Shown one piece after another: positions 1 through 8,474 of a DNA stretch of 32,050 nt. Position 1 is the first letter of the stretch. Each line of letters begins with the position of its first letter. The position numbers and the translations under genes were made by a program. A model generated the notes under the pieces. The model searched no databases, was not told the origin of the DNA, and was given only the letters and a program-made list of their open reading frames with translations. Source of the stretch: Flavobacteriaceae bacterium (GTDB taxonomy: Bacteria > Bacteroidota > Bacteroidia > Flavobacteriales > Flavobacteriaceae); contig JBPEXP010000035.1 in assembly GCA_052031475.1 (NCBI GenBank), positions 1 through 32,050 on the forward strand, given 5' to 3'.

Positions 1-1596
1 GCCCCAATAGCCGATATAGGACCAGGGGTCCTCAGGTTCAATGACCTCCCAGTCAAAGCCCCCTTTGGTCACCCTATAAGGATTGTAGCCATCAAAAGTT
101 GAGGCATTCAGAAACTTAAAGATCATACCCTCTATGAATTCGGGGTAGCTATGGGCCAGTGCCTCCCAGTTCTGAAAGATATCCCGCCAGTTGCCTTCAT
201 AATCCAGGATCTTTGAGCCATCTTTTTCGCTTCTGGTATTGATGGAAAACTTGTTCCATGGCCTGCTGGGATCGCCATGCCGCCTGCTGAATTTCAAAGG
301 AAGGTATTCCAGACAGAGTCTTTTAAAATGGGGGTCTTTCCCTTCTTCGGCAATGCCTTTTAATTCTTGCAGGGAAAATTCTTCGTTCAGTGAATCCACT
401 GTGCCTGAATGGCTGCTGTAGACTTCCTTGTTCGCCTTGGCCATATAGGCTTTGAAGTCCCATTTTTCTATCTCGTAATTGTTGTCGAAGATCCCTCCGC
501 GCATGATATTGTAAAGAACGTTGGAATAATGCCTGGCGCAGCGTAATTTATCTGCAGAGCGTTGAAGGCCATCAGCAGCCGCAGTCAATCGGATAAGATT
601 GGCTGTGCCTGTTTCCACATCTTCTTGCAGTCTGGTTTCCAACGCCGATTTATTTTTTAATTGATTGGCTATGTCTGCCACCTGGCTGGCACTTTGGTTA
701 ACATTGGCCACTATATGCCACTCCTTTTTATCGCCTGCTTCCAATGAAATCTCCTTGTTAACGAAATAGGCGCCTTTTTCGGCCTTTATATCCATTTCAG
801 GCTTCAGGTCTATTCCTTTCCTGAAGGCAGGAAGTTGCAAGGAGGATAACAGATAAAGCGGAGCCTCCAGTCCAAGGGACCATGCCATATTAGCCTTCAG
901 GGCTTCACTGGGTTCGGCCTTGTCTACAATGATCGCACTGAGGGCATAGATACCGATGCCCGCCTCGGGCACCAATTCACTTCTCTTGTAAGCGTCTACC
1001 AGATTACTCCTCGCATTCTGGAGATCTGTATTAACCCCATAGGGCAGGATATTCTGAAGTCCGTCCAGTATCTCCAGTTGTATAGAAGCATCTGTATGGT
1101 TTTTCAGGCTAGACCTTCTGACAAAGCCATAAATATTGCTTGAATTCCATTCGTATGTAAAGCTGAGTCCCAGATCTTCATTGATCTCCTCGAACACGAT
1201 CTTATTGCCGTAAATATTCTTGTAGAGATTGCGGACTATTTTATAGATCCCTGTGTACTTATCCGAAAAAGGTTCCCAGAGCACCAGGGATCCGTTTTTT
1301 TTAAGACGTATCAGAGTTTTGGACCCGGTAATCTCAAGTGATTCTGTGATTTTATCGTCTGTGTAATAAGGAAATATGGCGTATTCACTGTTTTTTCGGC
1401 CGGCTGTAAGCGCACCGTTGCTGGAGATAAACATCCAATGATTGGAGTCACTTACGATGCTCATGAAAAAAGGTCTCATGGCATGGCTGTTGGAGATCTT
1501 GAAAAAATCTTCTTCCCCCAACCGGACGTATTCCCCTTCCACAGCAGATTTCTCCCAGTGGGCTTCATTATTTCCTATAAAAACACTCTGATTCAT
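1..1596 (-). CDS. Large conserved hypothetical protein. The N-terminal 532 codons are in the window and the C-terminus lies beyond position 1. Possibly carbohydrate-active.
   Basis: The minus-strand frame is open from ATG (1596..1594) to the window edge and exactly in frame at position 1. It is absent from the ORF track only because it is open-ended. Hand translation gives MNQSVFIGNNEAHWEKSAVEGEYVRLGEEDFFKISNSH... and ends ...YEGNWRDIFQNWEALAHSYPEF...DPWSYIGYWG. It lies downstream of, and co-oriented with, the MFS/GH pair. I do not recognise the family. Confidence 0.6.
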   Translation of the reverse strand, partial: MNQSVFIGNNEAHWEKSAVEGEYVRLGEEDFFKISNSHAMRPFFMSIVSDSNHWMFISSNGALTAGRKNSEYAIFPYYTDDKITESLEITGSKTLIRLKKNGSLVLWEPFSDKYTGIYKIVRNLYKNIYGNKIVFEEINEDLGLSFTYEWNSSNIYGFVRRSSLKNHTDASIQLEILDGLQNILPYGVNTDLQNARSNLVDAYKRSELVPEAGIGIYALSAIIVDKAEPSEALKANMAWSLGLEAPLYLLSSLQLPAFRKGIDLKPEMDIKAEKGAYFVNKEISLEAGDKKEWHIVANVNQSASQVADIANQLKNKSALETRLQEDVETGTANLIRLTAAADGLQRSADKLRCARHYSNVLYNIMRGGIFDNNYEIEKWDFKAYMAKANKEVYSSHSGTVDSLNEEFSLQELKGIAEEGKDPHFKRLCLEYLPLKFSRRHGDPSRPWNKFSINTRSEKDGSKILDYEGNWRDIFQNWEALAHSYPEFIEGMIFKFLNASTFDGYNPYRVTKGGFDWEVIEPEDPWSYIGYWG

Positions 1597-1619
1597 CGCA
1601 TTACTTTTTTACAGATGAC

Positions 1620-1658
1620 AAAAAAACCCCTTAATGAGCACAGCGTATCCTTAAGAGG
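1620..1658 (-). terminator. Intrinsic terminator-like hairpin after the glycoside hydrolase gene
   Basis: The minus-strand RNA reads CCUCUUAA-16 nt loop-UUAAGGGG, an 8-bp stem with one G.U, followed by U7. It lies 27 nt after the stop at 1685 and about 24 nt before the next ATG. Confidence 0.5.
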
Positions 1659-1684
1659 TGTCATTTAATTTCCAGTTTGATGTG

Positions 1685-3013
1685 TTATTCTACAAGGAAT
1701 GGAATATTAGCGGTTGCTGAATGCTCCATGCCATCATTAACATAGACAAATAGCCTGTATGCACCTTTAGGAGGGGCCTTAAAGCTTAACTGACCTCCTT
1801 CCTTGCTGCTGAACAATCCTTCTATAGCCTCCGGCCTCTCCTCGTAATCCCCACCCTCTTTGAGGTCGGTTGCTTCGGGAAGAATTTCCCAGTAATAACT
1901 CAGTTCATCACCTTCGTAATCCATGACGCTGGCCGTTGCCTCGTAATCTGCTCCTTCTTTCAATATTACATTCTCTTCTGCCTGTTTTCCATCAATTTCA
2001 AACGACTCGATCCTTGGTGTCCTGTTTTCGGGCCAGCTTCCATTCCATATATAATGCATGACATCCACAGATTCGGTTTCATGACCGTTTTCAAGGAAGA
2101 TCCCATACCAGGTGGGTGTGCGTTCTTGCTTATTGCCCCATAAGAAAACATAGGATCCAATGCATTGAGTACTATCCGATTCTATGCCTTCCTTGTATCG
2201 CTTCAGATAATTATCAGCCTTAACACTACTGTTTTGTTCAATAGGGGCACCCCAGGACGTAGTGGGTACTTCCCAGTGTCCGGTAGCTCCCCATTCCGTA
2301 ACCATATAGGGTCCTTCCCAGCCATACTCCCTGATGAGGCCAGGCACCTGGGGCAGATCGCCATACATCTGAACCGAAAGGATATCAAGGTCCGGACAGC
2401 GTTCCTTGATGTAGTTGACTTCCTGCTGGGCAAGTCCTGCCAGGCTGGTTGTTGTCAGGTGGTTGGGATCAACCTCATGGATCATCCTGGAAATATCGTT
2501 TACCGCATTCCATACTTTCGGGTTGGAATAGTGCAAATTCAATTCATTACCGATACCCCAGATCAATAAGGCCGGATGATCTTTTAATGGTTCCACTTCT
2601 TTTCGAATCGCTTCCAGTTGTTTGGTAACCGCCTCTTCGTCGTCATAATCAAATCCATGTCTTTCGCGGGCCACTTCGATCCCCATGGTCACCATAAGAC
2701 CGTGCTCATGAGCTTCATCCAGGACCTCCCTGGCCGATTTCCGGCCGTTCTCTGTGCGCCAGGTCCTGAAGGAATTTCCATTGTGTTCGGCCAGTGAAGC
2801 GACATCGCCAAATTCCAGACCCGCACCTTTAATGTAAAAGGGTTCTCCGTTGACCGTCAGAATAAATTTATCCCCTTCTTTGGCGAGGTCCACCTTGGCC
2901 GGCTGATGGGTAGTTTCGTTTTCTTGTGTGTTCTGAGCATCCTGCTTGCGTTCTTTGCATCCTATGGCAAAGCAAAGTACGATCAGTAAAAGAAGTGTTC
3001 TCTTCATTATCAT
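1685..3013 (-). CDS. Glycoside hydrolase, clan GH-A with a GH2-type TIM barrel and a C-terminal beta-sandwich. Predicted lipoprotein.
   Basis: Signal peptide plus lipobox (LCFAIGC). FILTVNGEPFYIKGAG resembles the start of a GH2 TIM barrel. LLIWGIGNE is an acid/base NE motif and MVTEWG is a candidate nucleophile. The start codon abuts the stop of the upstream transporter at 3014. Confidence 0.75.
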   Translation of the reverse strand: MIMKRTLLLLIVLCFAIGCKERKQDAQNTQENETTHQPAKVDLAKEGDKFILTVNGEPFYIKGAGLEFGDVASLAEHNGNSFRTWRTENGRKSAREVLDEAHEHGLMVTMGIEVARERHGFDYDDEEAVTKQLEAIRKEVEPLKDHPALLIWGIGNELNLHYSNPKVWNAVNDISRMIHEVDPNHLTTTSLAGLAQQEVNYIKERCPDLDILSVQMYGDLPQVPGLIREYGWEGPYMVTEWGATGHWEVPTTSWGAPIEQNSSVKADNYLKRYKEGIESDSTQCIGSYVFLWGNKQERTPTWYGIFLENGHETESVDVMHYIWNGSWPENRTPRIESFEIDGKQAEENVILKEGADYEATASVMDYEGDELSYYWEILPEATDLKEGGDYEERPEAIEGLFSSKEGGQLSFKAPPKGAYRLFVYVNDGMEHSATANIPFLVE

Positions 3014-4570
3014 TTATTTTCTAATTAAAACTTGCTGCACTTCTTCAAGCGTCTTTCCTTTTGTTTCTATGACAAATCTATAGACAAAGAGGATGGCACA
3101 GAATGAGAGCAGGGCATAAATGGCAAAAGTAGCCGTGGGGCCTAAGTTGGACAACTCCCAAGGAAATACCTGGGTGACCGAAAAACTGATCAGTGAATTA
3201 AAAAATCCGACGGCTGATATGGCAATGCCCTTGATGTTGGTGGGAAAGACCTCGGAAAATAAGGTCCACATAACCGGGCCCAGTGAAATTGCAAAAGATG
3301 CTACATACAACAGAATAGCTATCAACACCAAAGTAGCGTTGATCTGGATGAAATTAGTGATCTCGTTTCTCTTGAAACTCAAGAATTGTTCTGCCGAAAG
3401 CAGTGGTTCAACCCCTTCAAACAACACTGCCTGTCCGTCATAGGAACTTCCTTTTAAACTCGTAAGCGCGGTTTTGATCTCGGCATCTCCTACTTTTTCG
3501 ATCGTTTCATCATTAAACTCGTAGGTAGCATTATTAAAGGCATAGGTGGCCATGAGCAAGGCTACTGTCATAAAGGACGTACCGATAAGCAACAGGGGTT
3601 TCCTGCCCAGGCGGTCTATGTAAAGTATCGCCACAATAGTAAATACCAGGTTGGTCAGTCCCACTACAATGGCCTGCAAAAAGGACGAATCCGTACTTCC
3701 CCCTGCCTGTTCAAAAATGGTTGGTGCATAGTAAAATACTGCATTAATACCGGTTATCTGTTGAAAAAATGCGATACCGAAGGCGATGATCATGATCGTA
3801 GTATACTTCCGCTTGAAAAGATCGGCCAGCTTCCCTTTTTCTTCCTTTTGGCCGATACCTCGCTGAATCTCCTGAATGGTGATCTCTGCATACTCTTCTC
3901 CCCCGATCTTCATAAGTATCTTCCTGGCCAACTCTACCTTATTCAGTTTCTGAATGAGCCATCTGGGACTCCTGGGTACGGTAAAAAGCGCCAGAAAATA
4001 GATCAATGCAGGAATGGCTTCTACCCCAAGCATGTAGCGCCAGCTATCCTCTCCGAGATTCACTAAAAAATAATTCGAGAAATAGGCCACGGAAATACCG
4101 ATGACGATATTCAACTGATTAAATGAAACCAAGCTGCCCCGTAGTTTAGGCGGAGCAATTTCTGCGATGTAGATGGGTGCGATCAGGATGGCACCGCCAA
4201 TACCGATCCCGCCGATGATCCTCGCTGTGATAAATTCCACATAACCGGTGGCCAGGGCAGACCAGCTTGCAGATAAGGTGAAAAGTGCGGCTACAACGAT
4301 CAGAACCTTCTTCCGGCCAAAGTAATCGGCTGCGGGTCCTGCTACCAGGTTTCCTGCCATGGCGCCAAATACCACGCAGCCTACCGAGAAGCCGAGCATC
4401 CATTCGGTCATTTCAAAATAAATGGTGATCCCTTTTACGGCGCCTGAAATCACGGCACTGTCGAAGCCCAATAAAAATCCGCCCAAAGCCACGATCAGGC
4501 TGATCAGGATGGTGTAGGATTTGTTCATTTTTACTACGGTAGAGGCCTCTGGTTTTGCTGGTTGATTCAT
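3014..4570 (-). CDS. MFS sugar porter (sugar:H+ symporter family)
   Basis: Motifs GFDSAVISGA, GRKK, PRSPRWL and PVMWTLFSEVFP, with 12 hydrophobic segments. The start is set at ATG 4570 (MNQPAKPE...) rather than the longest ORF at 4630. ATG 4528 (MNKSYT) is an alternative. Confidence 0.85.
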   Translation of the reverse strand: MNQPAKPEASTVVKMNKSYTILISLIVALGGFLLGFDSAVISGAVKGITIYFEMTEWMLGFSVGCVVFGAMAGNLVAGPAADYFGRKKVLIVVAALFTLSASWSALATGYVEFITARIIGGIGIGGAILIAPIYIAEIAPPKLRGSLVSFNQLNIVIGISVAYFSNYFLVNLGEDSWRYMLGVEAIPALIYFLALFTVPRSPRWLIQKLNKVELARKILMKIGGEEYAEITIQEIQRGIGQKEEKGKLADLFKRKYTTIMIIAFGIAFFQQITGINAVFYYAPTIFEQAGGSTDSSFLQAIVVGLTNLVFTIVAILYIDRLGRKPLLLIGTSFMTVALLMATYAFNNATYEFNDETIEKVGDAEIKTALTSLKGSSYDGQAVLFEGVEPLLSAEQFLSFKRNEITNFIQINATLVLIAILLYVASFAISLGPVMWTLFSEVFPTNIKGIAISAVGFFNSLISFSVTQVFPWELSNLGPTATFAIYALLSFCAILFVYRFVIETKGKTLEEVQQVLIRK

Positions 4571-4649
4571 TTGGTTGTATATTAAAAAAATAAGATTCTC
4601 ACCTGACGAAAAGGTGATACCCATTGTCAAATGAAATCTTTGGAAGGTA

Positions 4650-4706
4650 TAAAAATTGCCGTAAGCAGCCCCCTTTTTTTGGGTTGTCTATTGAGACAGC
4701 GGCAAC
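4650..4706 (-). terminator. Possible structured terminator downstream of clpS
   Basis: On the minus strand, GUUGCCG...CGGCAAU forms an outer stem (7 bp including one G.U) that encloses GUCU/AGAC and CCC-A8-GGG elements and is followed by UUUUUAU. This was folded by eye only. Confidence 0.35.
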
Positions 4707-4711
4707 ACGAG

Positions 4712-4987
4712 CTAAACTATTTCAGCACTTAAGCCTGCATTCAAAAGCCTTGTGCACCTCGGTTTTAAATCATCGTACTCCCCGGTCTTGACGGTGCATT
4801 TACCTTTGTAGTGAACAATTAATGAGCATTGTTCTGCCTGTTCCGGAGTGTGATCACAAACATTGATAAGAGTTTCTATGACGTGATCAAAAGTGTTTAC
4901 ATCATCATTAAAAAGCACAATCTCATTCTGCTTTACCGTCTCTTCGTCCAGCAATAATTCTTCGGAGAGTTTTTCCTTGGCACTCAT
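4712..4987 (-). CDS. clpS: ATP-dependent Clp protease adaptor ClpS
   Basis: 91 aa. The block VLFNDDVNTFDHVIETLINVCDHTPEQAEQCSLIVHYKGKCTVKTG is typical of ClpS. Confidence 0.9.
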   Translation of the reverse strand: MSAKEKLSEELLLDEETVKQNEIVLFNDDVNTFDHVIETLINVCDHTPEQAEQCSLIVHYKGKCTVKTGEYDDLKPRCTRLLNAGLSAEIV

Positions 4988-5009
4988 TGGAAAAAGCTTT
5001 TAATATTCC

Positions 5010-5843
5010 CTAATTTACATATTTTGCCGAAACCCAATCATTATTTTCCAAATTTTCTTGGAAACTCAATCCGCAGCTTCCGCATTTCTCAGAAATAGCG
5101 TACAAATCGGCTTTGTAAAAGCCGCTTACGATCAGCGCACCCCCTGGATTCAGGTGGTTGGTATAGACGGGGATATCTTCAAGCAGGGTATTCCTGTTAA
5201 TGTTGGCGAGGATTATATCAAACTTTCTTTCCCCTATAGAATCTGCCTGTCCCTGTAAAACCTCAATGTGATCCTGTTTGTTGTAGCTCACATTTTCCCG
5301 GGCATTAGCAAAACTCCAGGGGTCCTTGTCTATGGCCAGGACTTCTGCCGCCCCTTTCATGGAAGCCAGGATGGCCAATACCGCTGTTCCACAACCCATG
5401 TCAAGAACTTTTTTACCGCCTATTGGTTCCCTTAAAATAAATTGTAACATCATGTGGGTGGTTTCATGGTGCCCGGTGCCAAAACTCATTTTAGGGGCTA
5501 TGACTATATCGTACTGCACATCAGGTTTGGCATGAAAAGGTGCTCTAACAGCGCAATAACGGCCAATAAGGATTGGTGAAAAATTGGTTTCCCATGTTTC
5601 ATTCCAATTCTGCTGGTCTATTTGAGCATGGCTGTAGTGGATCTCAATCTCGGGATTACTAAGTATGGAGACTTCCTTCAATTGATCCGGATTCCAATCA
5701 CCTTGCCGGATATAGGCCCGAAGCCCGGAGGTAGTTTCTTCAAAGCTTTCAAAGCCAAGCTCACTGAGCTCTGCGATAAGAATATCAGTTCCCGGCTGTT
5801 TAGGTACAACCTTAAACGTGTATTCGATAAAGGGTTCGTCCAT
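5010..5843 (-). CDS. prmA: Ribosomal protein L11 methyltransferase
   Basis: FGTGHHETT and the SAM-binding VLDMGCGTAVLAILA motif. The start is set at ATG 5843 (MDEPFIEY), 1 nt after the tpiA stop. The track start at 5861 is a TTG that would overlap tpiA. Confidence 0.88.
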   Translation of the reverse strand: MDEPFIEYTFKVVPKQPGTDILIAELSELGFESFEETTSGLRAYIRQGDWNPDQLKEVSILSNPEIEIHYSHAQIDQQNWNETWETNFSPILIGRYCAVRAPFHAKPDVQYDIVIAPKMSFGTGHHETTHMMLQFILREPIGGKKVLDMGCGTAVLAILASMKGAAEVLAIDKDPWSFANARENVSYNKQDHIEVLQGQADSIGERKFDIILANINRNTLLEDIPVYTNHLNPGGALIVSGFYKADLYAISEKCGSCGLSFQENLENNDWVSAKYVN

Positions 5844-5844
5844 G

Positions 5845-6594
5845 CTAAATGGACTTGACAATGGCCAGGAAGTCTGAAGAATTCAATGAGGCACCGCCTA
5901 TCAAGCCCCCGTCAACATCAGGTTTAGAGAAGATTTCCGCTGCATTTCCTGGTTTTACGCTCCCGCCATAAAGTATGCTAACGCCCTCGGCTGTGTGTTG
6001 ATCATAGGCAGCGCCTATGGTCTTGCGGATAAAAGCGTGCATTTCCTGCGCCTGTTCCGGACTGGCGGTTTCTCCTGTTCCTATGGCCCATACAGGTTCG
6101 TAAGCCAAAACAATCTGATCCCAGGCTTTGGCATCCAGCTCAAAAAGGGCGTTTTTCAATTGGGATTCCACGATTGTGAAATGGTTCCCCCCTTTGCGGT
6201 CTTCCAATTCTTCACCAAAACAGAATATGACCCTTAATCCATTCTCAAGGGCAGATTGAACCTTTTTTGCGAGGAGTTCATCGGTCTCCCCAAAAAGGGC
6301 CCTTCTTTCAGAATGACCAATGATCACCGTTCGAATCCCTATGTTTCTCAGCATTCCTGCTGAGATCTCACCGGTAAATGCCCCGCTGGGGGCAAAATGC
6401 ATATTCTGTGCAATGACTTCCACATCTGATGAATCCAGGGAATCTATCGCCGCGTTAAGGTGGACAAAAGTAGGGGCTACCATAACCTCGGCCGAAGTTT
6501 GGTCCATATGCGAAACAATTTCCCCTACGAGGGCAACAGTCTCGTCTCTATTCTTATTCATTTTCCAGTTGCCTGCAACAATTTTACTTCTCAT
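5845..6594 (-). CDS. tpiA: Triosephosphate isomerase
   Basis: AGNWKMN, IIGHSERR and YEPVWAIGTG motifs. 249 aa. Confidence 0.95.
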   Translation of the reverse strand: MRSKIVAGNWKMNKNRDETVALVGEIVSHMDQTSAEVMVAPTFVHLNAAIDSLDSSDVEVIAQNMHFAPSGAFTGEISAGMLRNIGIRTVIIGHSERRALFGETDELLAKKVQSALENGLRVIFCFGEELEDRKGGNHFTIVESQLKNALFELDAKAWDQIVLAYEPVWAIGTGETASPEQAQEMHAFIRKTIGAAYDQHTAEGVSILYGGSVKPGNAAEIFSKPDVDGGLIGGASLNSSDFLAIVKSI

Positions 6595-6636
6595 GATATC
6601 AGTTTTGTGCGATGTTATTAATTATTCGTTCAGGGA

Positions 6637-7734
6637 TCAATCTAAAATCACCTCATCCAGGTCATTGTGATGAACTTTTTGTAAGATAGTTCCTTTTTCC
6701 AGAACCATGACACCAGGATTAGACCTGATAATGGTCTTTAATGTGGTTTCATCAGTAAAGTAGAAGGTAAAATTCAGATTGTATTTTTTAACGAACTGTT
6801 CTGTCAATTCTTCATTGGATGCAGACATGCCCACTACCTTATACCCCTGCTCTTCGGCTCTCCTTGTTAAAGCCCGTATATCCGGAAACGCACCTATATC
6901 AGCCTTTGCCAGATCATAGGCAATAACAGCCAGCAGCTTCTCCTGGGACATCCATTGATCCGTTTGATCTTCTCCGGATAATTCCATGGTAAAATCGTGG
7001 ATGGGCGGTTCATAACCCTTTTGTATTTCCTCGGTTTCTACCCCGATGAATTCCCCGTCAACTGCCGGGTATTCGCCATGTGTCACCACAATTTTTTCAT
7101 CACCATCAACATCAAATTTCCAGGCATATTCAAAAATAGCCTTGGGGGCATCCTCCGGTACGCTCATCCCCTCCGGGATGTTGGCCCCTATCTTGTAAGG
7201 TCTGAAATCTACAACAGGCAAATGATTGAGCACATGGTAGGCCAGGATTATACAAAATAGGAGTCCTCCTGCCACTGCGATTTTGGTTGTATAAGGCTTA
7301 AATATCCTGTTTATATACTTCTGACCTTTGAAAAGGATCAGGATCAGAACCAGGAGGATAATGTCCTTGGCAAAGGATTCCCAGGGTGTTAATTTGATGG
7401 CGTCTCCAAAACAACCACAATCTGTTACCTTGTTAAAGTAAGCCGAGTAAAATGTCAGGAAAGTAAAAAATACGATCATCAGCAATAAGCTCCATACGGT
7501 TAGTTTCTTCTTATATCCCAGCAGTAGCGTGATGCCCAATAATACCTCCAAGACAACAACGATCAGGGAGATGGTCAGCACATGAGGCATCAGAAATGGG
7601 ATGTTCAGTACGGCCTGACTAAAATATTCTTCCAGTTTAAAAGAGAAACCTACGGGGTCATTAAGTTTAATGAGTCCGCTTATGATAAACAGTACGCCAA
7701 CAATAATCCTGCTTGCGGTTACGAGATATTTCAT
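6637..7734 (-). CDS. Membrane protein with an N-terminal DoxX/MauE-like multi-pass domain (CGCFG motif) fused to a C-terminal thioredoxin-like domain that has no cysteines
   Basis: The N-terminal half is hydrophobic (IIVGVLFIISGLIKL...) and contains TDCGCFGD. The C-terminal part (IHDFTMELSGEDQT...LLAVIAYDLAKAD...GYKVVGMS) follows a TlpA/redoxin-like pattern, but YDLAKAD stands where WCxxC is expected. Confidence 0.65.
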   Translation of the reverse strand: MKYLVTASRIIVGVLFIISGLIKLNDPVGFSFKLEEYFSQAVLNIPFLMPHVLTISLIVVVLEVLLGITLLLGYKKKLTVWSLLLMIVFFTFLTFYSAYFNKVTDCGCFGDAIKLTPWESFAKDIILLVLILILFKGQKYINRIFKPYTTKIAVAGGLLFCIILAYHVLNHLPVVDFRPYKIGANIPEGMSVPEDAPKAIFEYAWKFDVDGDEKIVVTHGEYPAVDGEFIGVETEEIQKGYEPPIHDFTMELSGEDQTDQWMSQEKLLAVIAYDLAKADIGAFPDIRALTRRAEEQGYKVVGMSASNEELTEQFVKKYNLNFTFYFTDETTLKTIIRSNPGVMVLEKGTILQKVHHNDLDEVILD

Positions 7735-7825
7735 AGAGGGGATAGGGTGTATATGTGGTTATTTCTTTGGGACGTATGTGAGAAAGATACGGGCTGATCT
7801 ATTTTTTGCCGATTCGTGTAAGTGG

Positions 7826-8362
7826 TCATGCTCCCAGGTGTATGATTGCAAAAACGGCGTAATTGATAATATCCTGATAATTGGCGGCAATACCTTCGCT
7901 GACCAGTGTTTTTCCCTGGTTATCCTCAATTTGTTTGACACGAAGTAATTTTTGAAGGATAAGATCGGTCAGAGAGCTGACCCGTAACTCTTTCCAGGCT
8001 TCGCCATAATCGTGATTCTTGTCTTCCATCAAGGATTTAGCCCTGCTAACCTGTTTGTCATAGTGCTCCAGAGCCTCTTCACCACTGAGGTCGGGCTGTT
8101 CGGCTACACCCAACTCAATTTGAATCAAGGCCATGATAGAATAATTGATGATACCAATAAACTCTGAGCGCTCATCTTCGTCTACCTTTCGTGACGACAA
8201 TTCCTGCAGACTACGGATCCGCTGTGCTTTTATAAAGATCTGGTCTGTGAGAGACGGCAATCTTAAGATGCGCCAGGCTGTACCGTAATCTTCCGTCTTT
8301 TTAATATATAGTTCCCTGCAAGATTGTATTACCTCATCGAAGAGCACTGAAGTTTGCTGCAT
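7826..8362 (-). CDS. DUF1599-like protein with an internal duplication
   Basis: 178 aa with two copies of DYG-x-AW-x2-LR-x2-SLTD-x-I. It is divergent from folP, an arrangement I recall as common in Bacteroidota. Confidence 0.7.
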   Translation of the reverse strand: MQQTSVLFDEVIQSCRELYIKKTEDYGTAWRILRLPSLTDQIFIKAQRIRSLQELSSRKVDEDERSEFIGIINYSIMALIQIELGVAEQPDLSGEEALEHYDKQVSRAKSLMEDKNHDYGEAWKELRVSSLTDLILQKLLRVKQIEDNQGKTLVSEGIAANYQDIINYAVFAIIHLGA

Positions 8363-8474
8363 GTATTCCGCTGTAATTTGCGTAAATTTCGCTTAAAATT
8401 TCGACAAGGTCAAAATTCGTTTTTTAAACTTGGGAATCAAAAAAATAGATGCAAAAAAGCCCAACAATTTGCCG

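Noticed and set aside
239-1668. Plus-strand ORFs 239..421 and 1438..1668
   Set aside because: They lie within or overlap the long open-ended minus-strand ORF (1..1596), which translates into a sensible globular protein. They are short, carry no motifs and are antisense shadows.
1966-4403. Short ORFs inside or antisense to the hydrolase and MFS genes (1966..2160, 2165..2569, 2203..2433, 3120..3443, 3761..4066, 4146..4403)
   Set aside because: They are fully nested in strongly supported CDS with clear family motifs. Their translations are low-complexity or Arg/Cys-rich nonsense typical of off-frame reads.
4571-4630. N-terminal extension of the MFS ORF (MTMGITFSSGENLIFLIYNQ)
   Set aside because: It precedes a good ATG with an A-rich upstream context and has no counterpart in sugar porters. 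The same reasoning trims prmA (5844..5861, TTG overlapping tpiA), folP (8430..8474, TTG), the ABC exporter (12715..12789) and the DUF192 gene (31115..31159, overlapping lgt).
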